Source: the human T2T-CHM13v2.0 reference genome, Homo sapiens. Taken from it: DNA of 64,000 bases. Positions within the stretch are counted from its first letter, which is position 1; every line of letters begins with the position of its first letter. Made by a program: the position numbers and the translations under genes. Of the stretch, positions 1 through 13,730 are shown piece after piece. Under the pieces are notes generated by a model. The model had not been told where the DNA came from and searched no databases. It saw only the letters and a program-made list of their open reading frames with translations. The stretch is taken from assembly GCF_009914755.1 (NCBI RefSeq), contig NC_060945.1. One strand, written 5' to 3'.

Positions 1-150
1 GCACCAGGTCTCAATGAATCCTGGACTTTTCTTGTCCATTGCTATCTATAAGTAATAAACCTACTTTACATAACTTGTTATAGGTGTGTGTGTTCTATCT
101 CACCAGACACAAACAAACTGGTAACCAGTGCACGGTGAACTTGCTTCACA
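1..150 (+). mobile_element. 3' end of an old ERV solo LTR (probably ERVL class), truncated by the window edge
   Basis: AATAAA at ~54 followed by a U5-like tail ending ...ggtgaacttgcttcaca (terminal CA); family not certain. Confidence 0.45.
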
Positions 151-1734
151 TACGTAAATAACAACATATAAGGACATAACTTGAGACTTCTGTGACTCCT
201 CAGAATTTTGTCCAGGATCTTGGTAGTGCAGAGAAAGTATACCACCCTCCCACCCTTTTCTAATGGGCATGGGTTCACCCCATTTATTTTCCTACACCTG
301 TCTCTGTTTTGCATAATAAGGACTCTAAAAAACACCTGTGCAGATACTCCAGCCTCCAACCATATCCTATGTAAAGAGCCAAATCTTGGCACCCCTTTGT
401 CCTAGGGGCGCACATACTCTCTGTTGGATTGTCCTTAAGAGGACAGCTCCATAAGGCCTGCATAATCTCTGGGGCAGTCATGGGTTGATCTGAATAGGAA
501 ATTCCAAGATGCTGGGTAGCATGGATGAGACAGCAGATGTGGGCTAAGGACATTCCTTTAGAATCTGTAAAGCCTTTACCCCATAAGGAGCATGGTCAGC
601 AGTGGCCAGGACTGGGCCTTGAAAATACAGGGCTCAAGCCAGCAGTCTTTCCCCCATTTAAGGGTGCAACAGGATGATGAATTTTTTTGCCTGGGCATTT
701 TCTCAAAATAAACTTTAAGTTCTGTTACAGTGAGAAAGCAGAAAATTTTAAGAAGTCAGAAGACTACAGTATCTGTGATAGAATTCAGAAACGGTCATTA
801 TTTCTGTCCTATTTGACACTGCATAATCACTTTTATCAACAGTATATTTTGATTAAATTTTCAACAAGTTTAGAAAAAATTATTTCTATAAAAGATTAAG
901 GTATTAAACCTCAGACAAGCCCATGCAGTGCCCAAAGTCTCATGCATGCTCTAGTTGTTGGACTCCTAAAATGAGTTACTCCCTTCTTTGTTAATTGTAG
1001 TACATATTAAGTAATTCCATATATGAAATGTGAAAATCAAAAGCAAATAATGAATGTGAAGAATATAAAAGCTTATTATTTGGCCTTCATCAACACAGTT
1101 TCATGCATTTAGCAAGCACTAAGTAGATATTTAGTAAACAACTGGATTTTGGTATTATATTGAATGAAAATAGGAATCAGAATGATTCTAAAGTATGACT
1201 AGAATCTCCATGCTTTGGGTCTTTTTTATTATAAAATTTTTATATGATAAAATTCAGGAGATACTGTTAGAGATTTTAAGAGTAAATGTGAGTAATAACA
1301 ACAAAGATATTTTCTGAATGGAATCTTGTGTCTTTGCCACTCTACATTTGATTTATTTGTATGAGTTAGTCACTGATGGTTCTCAAATTAAAAATATTGT
1401 TATATTTTCCAAAATTTTATAAGGAATAAATATACCTAATTATACAGAATTTAATTGTCTTTTCTGAGATTACACAGAAAGTGAGTTTTAGAACTGTAAT
1501 TAGAATCTTTAACGTGTTTTGGTCCATTTGTACTGTGGGCCAAAGTATCTTGCAAGTTTAAAGATTTAGATAGGTCAGTGTTAATGAGAGGAAAATAAGG
1601 TTGTTATCAATAAGGTTGATAATAAAACGATAATAGGAAAATAAGGTAGGCTGGAGAGCGGAGCAGTCCAGATAATCACAAACTTTAAAAAAATAGAAGA
1701 CAGCTCCAAATAGCATGTATAGTCTAAAAGATTT

Positions 1735-1945
1735 AGCTATGATTGTACCATTGCACTACAGCCTGGGCAACAAAGGGCATATTCATACAAACGGAACAAT
1801 GTTATTTTATCAAGGTATTAGATTATCATCCAAAACACATATGGTTGAAGTATCAACTCTGGTAAGGATGCTATGGGCCAGAGAATACAAAGTAAGTGAG
1901 ACTCTGTCTGAAAAAAAAAAAAAAAAAGAAAGAAAGAAAAAGAAA
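1735..1945 (+). mobile_element. 3' fragment of an old Alu (AluJ/FLAM-like), interrupted by a templated insertion
   Basis: agctatgattgtaccattgcactacagcctgggcaacaaag ... gtgagactctgtctg plus A-rich tail; non-Alu sequence at ~1776-1895 splits it. Confidence 0.8.
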
Positions 1946-2225
1946 GGCAATAACACAAACAAAAATGCCCTATGGTCATAAGTCCTTAGGACAGAGGGAG
2001 AATATCAGTCAAGTAAAATTTCCAAAACGTCATCACAGAAACACACACATTCACCATCCTCGCCCAGCACACACTCCACATTGTCTACAATTAGTCCGTT
2101 ACTGCATTTGGGTCTGTATTCTCTGACCCATAGCATCCTTAACAGAGTTGATACTTCAACCATATGTGCTTTGGATGATAATCTAATACCTTGACAAAAT
2201 AACGTTGTTACCCTTGTGTGAATAT
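1779..2225. repeat. Inverted repeat pair 1779-1889 / 2115-2225 (111 bp, ~9 mismatches)
   Basis: The reverse complement of 2115-2225 aligns without gaps to 1779-1889. Confidence 0.95.
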
Positions 2226-2754
2226 AGCAAATTTGGAAAATTTCAAATAAGTCATATCCATGGTCTTATATATTTGTGCAAATTTAGATATTGTGAATAA
2301 CTTTTCTTAAAGTGTTTGTAAAATTTACCAAAATGTAAGATTAGGCATGCTTGCATTTTCAATTATATTAATTGTTTTTCAGTTTGTGATTTTAAGTTGA
2401 AAGACATGTCAGTTTGTAGAATTACTATGTTATCATGATAAAGAGAACATACCATTTACTAAGTGGGTAAGTTTAGAAGATTTTGTTAAATTAATTTTTT
2501 GAGCGCTTAACAAGAATTTGTATATTCCTTAGTTTACCTGACACTGGAAGCCTTAAGAATATTAAATTCATTAAATTTTAAAATCTAATTTAAATTACTT
2601 AAGAAAATATATTATTTATGTTTATTCATAATTTATTTTCTTAACTTTGGGTTGATCCTTGAAATGACTAACTTCTAAAGCCAAGAAGGATTCGCTTTTT
2701 TCTCTTGAAGTTGTTAGTTTAATAAGCAAATATTATTGTAAATACCCAAGTAAG

Positions 2755-3445
2755 GACATGAAGTTTCTTTTTGAGATGATGAAATGTTCTAAAATGGATC
2801 ATGACAATAGTTGCCCGTATCTGAAAATATACCTGAAAACATTGAATTGTACTTTTTAAGTGGGTGAATTGTATGGCAGGGGTCCCCAACCCCTGGGCTA
2901 TGAACTAATGTCAATTCATGGCCTGTTAGGAACCAGGCCGCACAGCAGGAGGTGAGCCACAGCAAATGAATGAAGCTTCATCTGTATTTACAGCCACTCC
3001 TTATTGCTCTCATTACCGCTTGAGTTCCACCTCCTGTTAAATCGGTGGTGGCATTAGATTCTCACAGGAGTGCAAATTTTATTGTGAACTGCACATGTGA
3101 GAGATCTAGGTGACACACTCCTTATAGTAATCTAATGCCTGATTATTAGCCACCGTCTCCTATTACCCACAGATGGGAAAACTCTGCAGGGAACAATTTG
3201 CAGGAAAACAAGCTCAGGGCTCCCATTGATTCTACATGATGGTGAATTGTATAATTATTTCATTATATATTACAATGTAATAATAATAGAAATAAAGTAC
3301 ACGATAAATGTAACGTGTTTACATTATCCCCAAACCATCCCTCCATCCCTAATCCATGGAAAAATCGTCTTCCATGAAACCAGTCCCTGGTGCCAAAAAG
3401 GTTGGGGACTGCTATTGTATGGCATATAAATTGAATCTCACTGAG
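2755..3445 (+). mobile_element. Old L1M 3' UTR end fragment, split by MER1A
   Basis: gatgatgaaatgttctaaaa...attgaattgtactttttaagtgggtgaattgtatgg resumes as catataaattgaatctca after MER1A. Confidence 0.6.
2877..3414 (+). mobile_element. MER1A (hAT-Charlie non-autonomous DNA transposon)
   Basis: Ends caggggtccccaacc / ggttggggactgct, body matches the MER1A consensus, perfect 8-bp TSD ttgtatgg at 2869-2876 and 3415-3422. Confidence 0.93.
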
Positions 3446-3823
3446 GTTGTTTTAAAAAGTAAGTTGATATAGCCTTCTTAGCTCAAGACTCATCCCTCAG
3501 TAATGATTTAAATGCTACCTTATACATATTATTATTTCTTAAAATAAATTTTAAAATAGTTAAAGTGCCCAATTAAAAAAATTTTGATTCAAAATTATAA
3601 ATGCTTTTATAAATTGTTATAGCAATTTATACACTTATCTTCAGTGTATTTTTAGTTCTTATCATATCCAGCTACGCAAAAGATTATAATCATTAAAGAG
3701 CAAAAATTTTACAAAAAATCTGTGATAGTTTTTTTGTTCAAGATTCAATATCTCAATACACTGGTTTTTAATATAAATGTACTTGAGAATCAGTGAGGAT
3801 GACATTTTAAAAAATGCATGTTC

Positions 3824-4520
3824 TGTATCAGTCTAGGTCTAATCAAGAAAGAGAAACCACTTAGTTAAGGGAAAATCTAAAGAAGAATTATTAACTATAA
3901 CAGGAAATTAGAGTAATGAGGGTTTGACTAGTATGGAGTAAATATTAATTTAAGGAATGTAGGCATAGTAGATATAAAAAGAGCCATTACCACTTGGGCT
4001 GAGATAGAGAACCCAAGGAAGAATTTCCACCCCCTACTACCAACCCAAGGCTGAGATCTAGACTTTTGTGGAGGGGGCACGGTCATGGCAAGGAAGTTGT
4101 TATAGTGTTGTGCTGATGAAACTGGCTGGAAATTCACTATCTAGGATGCCAGGGACAGCTATTCCCTGACAATTATCTTGCTGGGAGCACTCTGCTAGAA
4201 ATCATCTGCCCTGAGGAAGTGCTGGGGAAAGCTGTTGGCCACTGAAAGTTGCTGGCCACAGTGAACTGCAGAAATTAGGTACTAGAAAATTTGGAAGTGC
4301 TGTGGGAGCTGTGGCCTTGGATGCCCTGTGCACCGCAAAAGCAGTTACACCAGGACCAAGCAGCAAAAGTTTTCTCCTACAATATTTCTCCACCATCTTT
4401 TACTGGCAAAGCTTTAATGGAAGCTGGCAAGGAAAAACAGTGAAAGGGGCACAGATCCTTTTACAAAGAGCCGGCAGAAGGGTGAAATTGGAGTTGAGAA
4501 GCACTAAATTGACTAGAAGA
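3824..4520 (-). mobile_element. Ancient ERVL-type solo LTR (LTR33/LTR41-like), degraded
   Basis: Starts tgtatcagtctaggtct, the reverse complement of a ...actgataca LTR terminus; purine-rich LTR-like body; right boundary approximate. Confidence 0.4.
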
Positions 4521-4919
4521 ACAATATTTTTAAATATTTTTACGTTAAGAATTGTCCACTCCTTTACATTTAAAATGTTTCTATCAGAAATTGAGTTTTA
4601 ATATGGATTTTAAGATACTTTGACTGTCATAAGTGTTGATAATGAGTGACATTTGTAAGTTGACTTTTTGTTTGAGGTATATTTTTGTTTATCTCAGATC
4701 TTAATGTTTCTTTAAGAAATTTATTCATGTCTTGGTGTATGACATTAAACAATTTCACCAGTTTAGAAGGTTCATATTTTTGTCTCTGTTTATTTTTATG
4801 ATATTGTGTTTTTTTATACTTACTACTTTTAATCCCCTGGAAATGATTGTATCGTATGGCCTGGGGACATTCTAGTATTAATATTTATTGAGGCCTCAAG
4901 CCCAGTTGTGTCGATGTGG

Positions 4920-5900
4920 GCTGTAATGTCTCTTGTTTTAGCTTTCCCCCAGGAAGAGCAATCCATCCAGCAGTCCTTGAGGAGTGGTTCCTGGAGTCAT
5001 ACAAACAATTAGACCTAAGGCGAAAATAGTGAACAGAAGACCTTGTGATGTGTAGTAAACTTTTCACTGCAACTATGCAGAATTTTCTGCCAGAGCTGCT
5101 GAAGCACTGCCCCAAAGTGTTGTCAGCTGTTGGCCTTCTTCTGAAATTGTCTCAACAGTAGAGAGCCAGCTTGCCCAAGGTGATGTTTCCTTCCCAGAGA
5201 TGTCTGTATGCAAAGATGGTTTCTAGTGGTGAGTGAGATTGGTGTAAAGTGAGACTCCTGACTAAAATGTTAGACAATACTGAAGGGCCATGCTGTCTTC
5301 CAAAATCCCCATGTGGATGTTGGAGTCCATCACTTAGCATGTATCGTGGTTCAACTTCTCCCTTTGCCCAATGTATTAGTCTGTTCTCTCGCTGCTATAA
5401 GGAAATACTTGAGACTGGGTATTTTATTTAAAAAAATGTTTTAATTGGTTTTGCAGGCTGTACAGGAAGCATTATGCTGGCATCTTCTCAACTTCTGGGG
5501 AGCCCTCAGAAAACTTAACAATTATAGCAGAAGGCAAAGGGGGAGCCGGCACTTCACATGGCTGGCAAAGGAGAAAGAGAGAGGGGGGAAGGTGCCACAC
5601 ACTTTTAAACAACCAGATTCCCTGAGAACTCACTATTGCAATGACAGCACCAAGGCGGGTGGTGTTAAACCATGAGAAACTGCCCCCATGATTCAATCAC
5701 CTCTCCCAATTCCCACCTCCAGCACTGGGGATTTCATTTCAACATGAGAGTTGGGTGGTTACACAGATACAAACCATATGACTCAATTGGGTGGTTACAC
5801 AGATACAAACCATATTACTCAATCTTACTTTTCACCTATGTTATCCTAAAATACTCGTAAAGTACTTTTGGCACACTAATCTCCCTCTCAGAGTGTGCAC
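4920..5900 (+). mobile_element. LTR16-like ERVL LTR interrupted by an MST LTR
   Basis: actgaagggcc...ttcaacttctccctttgcccaa continues after the MST as ...aatctccctctcagagt. Confidence 0.5.
5372..5817 (-). mobile_element. MSTA/MSTB MaLR solo LTR
   Basis: tgtattagtctgttc...gagactgggt...ggcacttcacatggc...aaaccatat; 5-bp TSD cccaa/ctcaa. Confidence 0.85.
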
Positions 5901-5915
5901 AAATTTTCACAAATT

Positions 5916-5952
5916 ACACACACACACACACACATATATATATACACATATG
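5916..5952. repeat. (CA)n(TA)n microsatellite
   Basis: Read directly. Confidence 0.9.
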
Positions 5953-6644
5953 TATCTATGAAGTTAGCTGAAGACAATAGTAGTTTTTTTAACATTGCAC
6001 TCATTGAGCATTCATCTTAATACCATGCTAATGGTTCAAGTCTTTTCCTCCCATAGGTTTGAAGTGATTACATGATTGCTCTTTAGGGACTCTTAGTTGC
6101 AAGTCACATTATGTAACACAACTCTCCCTACCAACCTTTTTTTAGAAAGATGATTGCATTTAGATTATTATGTATTTATTTTTTATACTAACTTACCATT
6201 TGTTAGTCTATGTCCAAGTTTATATAAATCCACTTATTTTTATTCATATTTGTCAAAGTCTGAGATTTATGTCTCTTTTTCACTCTGGGTTCTATTCCTT
6301 TCCCTATAAGAAGGACCTGTCTCTGTGAAGTTGTGTTTTTTATTTTTTTTTTAATTCAAGTACAATGCCTTTATAGACTTTATGGAGCTAATGAATATAA
6401 AAAAAGACCATCAAATACACTTGTTATTAAATGCCAATTGTTTAAAACAAATACTCTATTCCCTCAAATGATGAATGTTTGATAATACATTCAATTAGAG
6501 TATGAGGAGGCAGATACCTTTACAAAATTCTGGGAAACTACAAATCAACTGCTTTTGTAAACGCTGTCATTACAAACATCATCATACACCATTACAAGGC
6601 ACTTTTGGCATTCATAGATTTTTTATCTGATTTCTCTACTTGTT

Positions 6645-9268
6645 TTTTGACTTCTTGATTGATACATTGTAATAATGATTGTACATATTTATAGGGTAAC
6701 GTTGATATTTTGATACAAACATACATACAAACAACGTGTAATCATCAAATCAAGGTAATAAGGAAATCTATCACCTTAAACCTTTATTTATTTGTGTTGG
6801 AAACATCTTCACTCTTCTAGCTATTTTGAAAAATCATAAATTATTGCTAAATATACTCATCCTAGTATGCTACCAAACACTATTTATTCCTTCTCTCTAA
6901 CTGTATTCATTCCTTCTACTTTTTGTATTCATTAATCAGTCTCTTTTAATTTCCCCTCATTTCCCAGGATCAAGTAATCATTATTCTCTTCTTTACTTCC
7001 ATGATATCATTTTTTTTTCCTTCCACATGCAAGTGAGAACATACAATATTTGTCTTTTTATGCCTGGCTTATTTTACTTAACACTCTGTCCCCCAGTTCC
7101 ATTTATGTTCCTTCTAATGACAATATTTAATTCCTTTTTATGGCTGAATAACATTTATTGTGTGTAAATACCACATTTTCTTTATCAATTTATCCATTGA
7201 TGTATAATTAGATTGATTACATAACTTGGCTATTGTGAATAGTTCTGCAATATACATGGGTATGCAGCTATTTCTTTGATACACAGAATTCTTTTCTTTT
7301 GGGTACATAATCAGTATTAGGATTGTCAGCTTATATGGTAGATCTACTTTTAGTTTTTCGAAGGATCTTCGTACTGTTTTCCATACATTTCGTACTAATT
7401 TACATTCCCACCAGCAGTGTAACATCATTCTTGTTTCTCTGCGTTCTCACTAGCATCTGTAATTTTTTTTGTCTTTTTGATGATAGCCATGTAAATTGGG
7501 TGGAGATAATATCTCATGTGTTTTATTTGCATTTCCTTGATTATTAATGACGTTGAGCAGTTTTCATGTACCTGTTGGTAATTTGTATGTGTTCTTTTTA
7601 AAAATGTTTATTCAGATATTTTTGCCCATTCTTAAATTAGATTATTTTTTTGCTTTTATGCTGTTGAGTTGTTTGAGTTTCTTATATATTTTTGTTATTA
7701 CTCCGTCACATTTTCTTCCATTCTACAGGTTGTGTCTTCACTCTGTTGATTGTTTCCTTTCCTGTGCTGAAGATATTTAGTTCGATGTAATAAACAAAAA
7801 AAAAATTGTCTATTTTTGCTTTTGTTGCCCGTGCTTTTTTAAGTCCCAAACATTATTTGCTCAGACCAATGTCCTGAAACATTCCCCCAAGGTTTACATC
7901 TATTAGTTCCATAGTTTCTGGTCTTACATTTTAGTCTTTAATCTATTTTGATTTAATTTCTGTATAACGTGAGAGATAGGCATCTAGTTTCATTTTTTTT
8001 TTTGTCTATGGATATCGAATTTTTCCGACACAATTTATTAAAGAGACCACCCTTTTTCCAATGAATGTTCCTGATGTTTTTGTCAAAAATCAGTTAGCTG
8101 AAAACATGTGGATTTTTTGAGAGGGTTTAATATTCTGCTTCATTGGTCTATGTTTTTATACCAATACCATGCTGTTCTTGTTACTATAGCTTTGTAGTAT
8201 ATATTTTGACATCAAGAATTGTGATGCCTTCAGCTTCGTTCTGTGTGCTCAGGATGCTTTTTGGCTACCAGGAGTCTTCTGTGACTCCATGTGAATTTTA
8301 GGATTGTTGTTCCTATTTCTGTGAAGAATATAATTGGTATTTTAGTAGAGATTCTATTGAATCTATAGATCACTTTTGATATTACATTCATTTTCACAAT
8401 ATTAATTCAATCCATGAACATGGGATGTGCTTCACTTTTTTTTTTCTGTGACCTATTCTATTTCTATCACTACTGATTTCTAGTTTTCCTTGTAAAGATC
8501 TTTTGTTTCTTTGGTTAATTTTTTATCTAGGCACTTTAGTTAATTTTTTTGGCTACCGTAAATGGGATCACTTTATTGGTTTCTTTTCCTGCTAGTTCAC
8601 CGTTGGCATAGAGAAATGCTACCAATTTTGTATGTTAGTTTCATATCCTGCAACTTTATTGAATGTGTTTATCAGTTTTAAGAGTTCTTTGATGTTGTCT
8701 TTTGTGTTTTTTATATATAATATCAGGTCACCTGCAAACAGGTATAATTTGGCTTTCTCCTCTTCAATTTGCATGCCCTTTATTTCTTTCTCTTGCCTAA
8801 TTGCCCCGTCTTTAACTTCTAGCACTATGTTGAGAAAGAATGGTAAAAGTAAGGCATACTTGTCTGTTACAGTTCTTAGAGGAAAAGCTTTCAGCTTTTC
8901 CCCATTCATTATTATGTCATCTGGGGGCTTGTCATAGATGGCCTGTATCGTGTTAAGGTGTGCTCCTTCTATAGTGAGTTTGTTGAAGTTTCTTTTTTTT
9001 AATAAAGCTACATTGAATTTTATAAATTTATAAATTTTTTGAGTCTATTGAGATGACCACATGGTATCTGCCCTTCATTCTGTGGATCCAGTGTATCACA
9101 TTTATTGTTTTGTGTCTGTTGAACCATTCTTCCATCCCTGTGATAAATCTTATTTGATCATGGTAAATGATCTTTTTAATGTGCTGGATCTTTTTAATGT
9201 GGGTTCGGTTTTCTAACATTTTGTTGAGGATTTTTGCATCTACCTTTATTAGGGATATTGGCCTATAG

Positions 9269-9302
<34 letters not shown>

Positions 9303-12300
9303 TTTGCCTGGTTTGGGTATCAAGGTAATGCTGGCCTCATTAAATGAGTTCAGAAGAGTTCCCTCCTCTTCAAATTTCTGGAAGAGTTTGAGAAGAATTA
9401 GTGTTAGTTGTTCTTTAAATGATTGGTAGAATTTAGCAATGAAACCATCAGGCCCTGGGCTTTTCTTTGATAGCAAACTTTTTATTGCTTTTTCAGTCTC
9501 ATTGCATTAATTGGTCTGTTCGAGGTTCTTATTTCTTCATGGTTCTATCTCGGTAGGTTTTATGTGTTCAGAAATTTGTTCATTTCCCTTAGGTTTTCCA
9601 ATTTATTGGCATACAATTGTTTATAATAGTGTCCAATGATCCTTTGAATTTCTATGGTATCAGTTATAATTTTTTGTTTGTTTCTGATTTTATGTGTCTT
9701 TTTTTCTTGGTTAGTCTAACTGATGATTTGTTGATTTTTTTATATTTTTAAAAAACCAAATTTCACTTTATAGCTAATTTGAATTAGTTTTAGTCTCAAT
9801 TTCATTTATTTCTACTCTGATCTTTATTATTTCTTTTCTTTTAATAATTTGGGGTTTGGATTGTTCTTACACTTCTAGTTCTTTGTGATGAATCATTAGG
9901 TTGTTTGTTTGAAATTTTTCTACTCTTTTGATGTAGGCATTTATTGCGATAAACTTCTTTTCTAATACTACTTTTGCATTATAGCTTAGTTTTTGGAAAA
10001 TTGTATTTCTATTTTCATTTGTTTCAGGAAACATCTAAATTTCCTTTTAAATTTATTCATGGACTCATTGGTCATTCAGGAATGTGTCATTTAATTTTCA
10101 TAATCTTGTGCAGTTTAAAGTTTCTCTAATTTTTTATTTTTAGATTTATATCATTGTGATCAGAAAAGATACACGATATGAATTCTGTTCTTTTAAATTT
10201 GTTAAGAATTGTTTTGTGGCCTAACATTTGGCCTCTCCTGGAGAACGCTGTAAGGGCTGATGAAAAAAGATGTGCATTCTTCAGCTGTTGGATGAAATGT
10301 TCCACAGATGTCTGTTAGAACCACTTGGTCTAAATTGCAGTTTAAATTCAACATTTCCTTGACGATTTTCTGTCTAGATAATCTGTCGAATGCTGAAAGT
10401 GCAGTGGTTCTCCAAATATTATTTTATTGGAATCTATCTCTTCTTTTAGGTCAAATAATATTTGCTTTATACATCTGGGTGCTCCAGTATTGCAAGCATG
10501 TATATTTGCAATTATTATGTCCTCTTGCTGAACAGTTCCCTCTTTCATTATATAGTGATGCTCTTTGTCTCTCTTTACAGTTTTTTATTGAAGCCTGTTT
10601 CGTGTAGTTAATCCTGCTCATTTTTCATTTCTGTTTGTATAAAATGTCTTTCTCCATCACTTCATATTTAGTTTATATGTGTCTTTAAAGTAAGTGTCTT
10701 GTAGGCAGTATATAGATACCTCATTTTTTTTAATTCATTCATCACATTATATTTTTTAAGTGGAGGAATTTATTTTTGTTGAAGGTTATCATTGATAGGT
10801 AATGATTTACCCTTGTTATTTTGCTAATTATTTTCTGTTTGTTTTGTATACTCTTTCTTTTCTTCCTCTTTTATTATTATTGTTATTTTGTTTTCTGTAA
10901 TTAAAATGCTTAATCTTTTCTCTTTTTCTTTTGTATATCTGCTCTACCAGTGAGTTTTACAGTTTTGCATGTTTTTATGATGGTGATTATTGTCTTTTCA
11001 TTTCCAGATGCAGGATGCCCTTGAACATTTCTTGAAGGCTGGTTCAGTGATGACAAATTCCCTCAGTTTTTGCTTTCCTGGGAAAGATTATACTTTTCCC
11101 TTATTTCTAAATAATGGCTCTATTAGGGATAGTATTATTTGCTTGCAATTTATTTTTCTTCAGTACTTTGAATATATTATCCCATTCTCTCCCTTGCCTG
11201 TAAGACTTCTGCTGACATATCAGCTTTTTGTCTAATGGAGATTTCCTTATATGTGACTTGAAACATTTCTCTTGCTGTTTTCGGAATTCTCCCTGTGTCT
11301 TTGACTTTTGACAATTTGACTATAATGTACCTCAAAGAGAGCATGTTTGGGTTGAATTTATTGGGACAACTTTGAGCTTCCAGGATCTGAGTGACAATAT
11401 CTCTCCCCAGCCTTGAATAGTTTCTCAGCTATATCTCAATTAAATAGGTTTGCTGTGACTTTTTCCAACTCTTTCTCTGGAAACTCTATAATACAGGTAT
11501 TTGTTTGCTTAATAGTGTCTCATAGTACTGTAGGCATTCTTCATTCTTTTTTATTCTTTTTTTCCCTCTTGCTGGATAATTTCAAATTATGTATCTTTAA
11601 ACTCGGAGATTATTTATTCTGTCTGATCAAAGTCTTCTGCTGAAGTTCTCTGTTGTATGTTTTATTTCATTCATTAAATTATTTAGCTGAAGAATTTCTG
11701 TTTTGTTCTTTTTTTAATAATACCCTGAATTCTTTGTTCGTGTTATAAATTATTTTCCTAGGTTTGTTGAATTATCTATCTGTTTTGTTTTGTTTTGTTT
11801 TTATATCTTGTGGAGTTTTTTTAAGATTGTTATTTAGAATTCTTTTTCTGGCAATTCATTGATTTCCTTTACATTGGAAAGGACTCTCATTAGAGAGTTT
11901 TTATATTCCTTTGGTCATGTTATATTTCCTTCTGTTTTCATATTTCTTTTGTTTCTGTGTTGATGTCTGTCCATCTAGCATAACAAATAACAGTACCCTC
12001 TTCCAAATTTTCTAGAGTGGTTTTCACAGAGATAGACTTTTACCTGAAGATGAGTCTCAGTGTGCCAGTTAGGAAGGATGTGGTGACTTTCTTTTTTTTC
12101 CAGGTGAGTACAGTGTTTTAGTCTTCATGCAGCTTCTTCAGCTGTTTTCAACCTCAGTAATAGATTCAGGCACCTCAGTGGCCTAGGCTGTAGAAGTTTG
12201 TGGCAGCAGTGACAGCAGGTTAGGTTTTTAATGTTTTTGGTGGCAAGGGATTTTGGGAATCCTTCTATTCTCATATTCACCACAAGAGGGAGACTTTGAC

Positions 12301-13730
12301 AAGACGACCCCTCTTGATGTCAGTTCTGACATTTCCTATAAGCAGCTGCCACAGCAACTGGATTCTAGATGCAGGTACTTGGAGCAGCAGTGGAGACAGG
12401 GTCTTAGTCTGAGTGTCTTATGAACCTATTGAGGCACCTGTCTTGGGGTGCATGTCAGGTTTGACGTCTGTGGCAGGATTGGATGTAGATATCCCACACC
12501 AGGATCTGAGGTACCCTCTATCAACTTGGTTTCAGGGGCGTGGCTTGTAGATGTGACCTTCCTTCTGGGGAGGCAGAGAACAGCCCTACCACAACTCCAG
12601 GGAAAGAAGGGTTCTCTAGAAATTTGAGCTTAGGGACAATTGGAATTCAGGATTCTGAGTCAGTAGGGCTCAATGGCAACTTTAACCCGTGGGGACAAGG
12701 AGTACTGTGTAGTAGTCACTCCAGATCTTGGCATTGCGGGGTTCAGCAGTATCCCAGACTGTGAAGCCAGGTGTAGCAACAAGTATCCAAGAAATGGCAA
12801 GCTTGGCTACAGTTTGGGCCCTGGGTGCATAAGGCGGTACAGGGGTGACTCCACTTCCTGGAAAGAGGAGCATCTCAGCAGCTCAAATTCCATGGGGCTA
12901 CTCCATCTCCAGGAAGCAAGATACTAGAGTTGTTTGGCTTTTAGGACAGAGTGTTTCAGCTCAGCCTTGGGAAGTGCAGCTGCTCAGCTCAACCAAGGCT
13001 CTACTTCCCCAGTGGGCAATGTGCCACTTCAGCTCAGGCCCACGCGGGTGTGACTATTCTGGGCAGCCCAGCCACCATTTTCTTGTGATTCAGTGCTCTG
13101 CCAAAGCACTGTTTCCTTTGGTGGCTATGCACAGTTTTTGATCAGCTTCCTAAAAGCAGGGCACAACTGTGCCTGAGAGGCTGATGGAGTTGTTCTACCA
13201 AATCACTGTTTCCCCAGATTTCCATCTGTGCAGCTTCAGCTCCTGCCTGAGCAGGTTGGGGGATGGGTAGGTGGGGCACTTTCACTCCTTTTTGATCCCA
13301 TAGGGAAGGGTGTAATTGTTGCTCACAGCTGGGCTTTGGGATGTTGGGTCACTGGGAACGAGTGGTTCAACAGCAGTTTAGCCTCTGGGTTGAAGGAGTG
13401 CTGTGGCTTCTTGTTGCTGGAGCGTGATATACTTTAGCATTAGTTTCAGTTCCAGGATGGTGTAACATAGCAGCTCTGCAGGCCACAGGGAGTGGGGAGG
13501 AGTGTCAGTTTCTTCTCAGGGGGAAATATGACTGCGTGGCCTCTAGGAATTTTTCTTACCTAGGCTTAGTGCCTGGAAGGACTTTAAGGGACCCTAGTGG
13601 TAAAGACTGTAGATGTCTAAGTTCTCCTGCCTGAGAAAGTAGGAGGAGAGTTAGGTAGAGCAGTTCTATTGCCTCTAGGCCCCGCAAGGAAGGTATAATT
13701 GCTGCTGGAAGCTCAGCTTGGGAATGTTGG
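6645..13730 (-). mobile_element. Near full-length, degraded old LINE-1 (L1MA-like) with 3'UTR, ORF2, ORF1 and GC-richer 5' region
   Basis: Minus-strand ORF fragments match ORF2p: C-terminal (7138-7428 LLHCWWECKLV), RT (8619-8909 LKAFPLRT...LYLFAGDLILY), 9249-9476 [14 protein letters not shown], endonuclease 10348-10548. ORF1-like DNA at ~11-11.9 kb. 5' boundary approximate. Confidence 0.88.
9270..9300. repeat. (GT)n microsatellite inside L1 ORF2
   Basis: Read directly. Confidence 0.95.

Noticed and set aside
9169-9201. Short tandem duplications (also ~31880-31925, ~39258-39310, ~45286-45330, ~55030-55055)
   Set aside because: Ordinary slippage-type micro-duplications with no added signal
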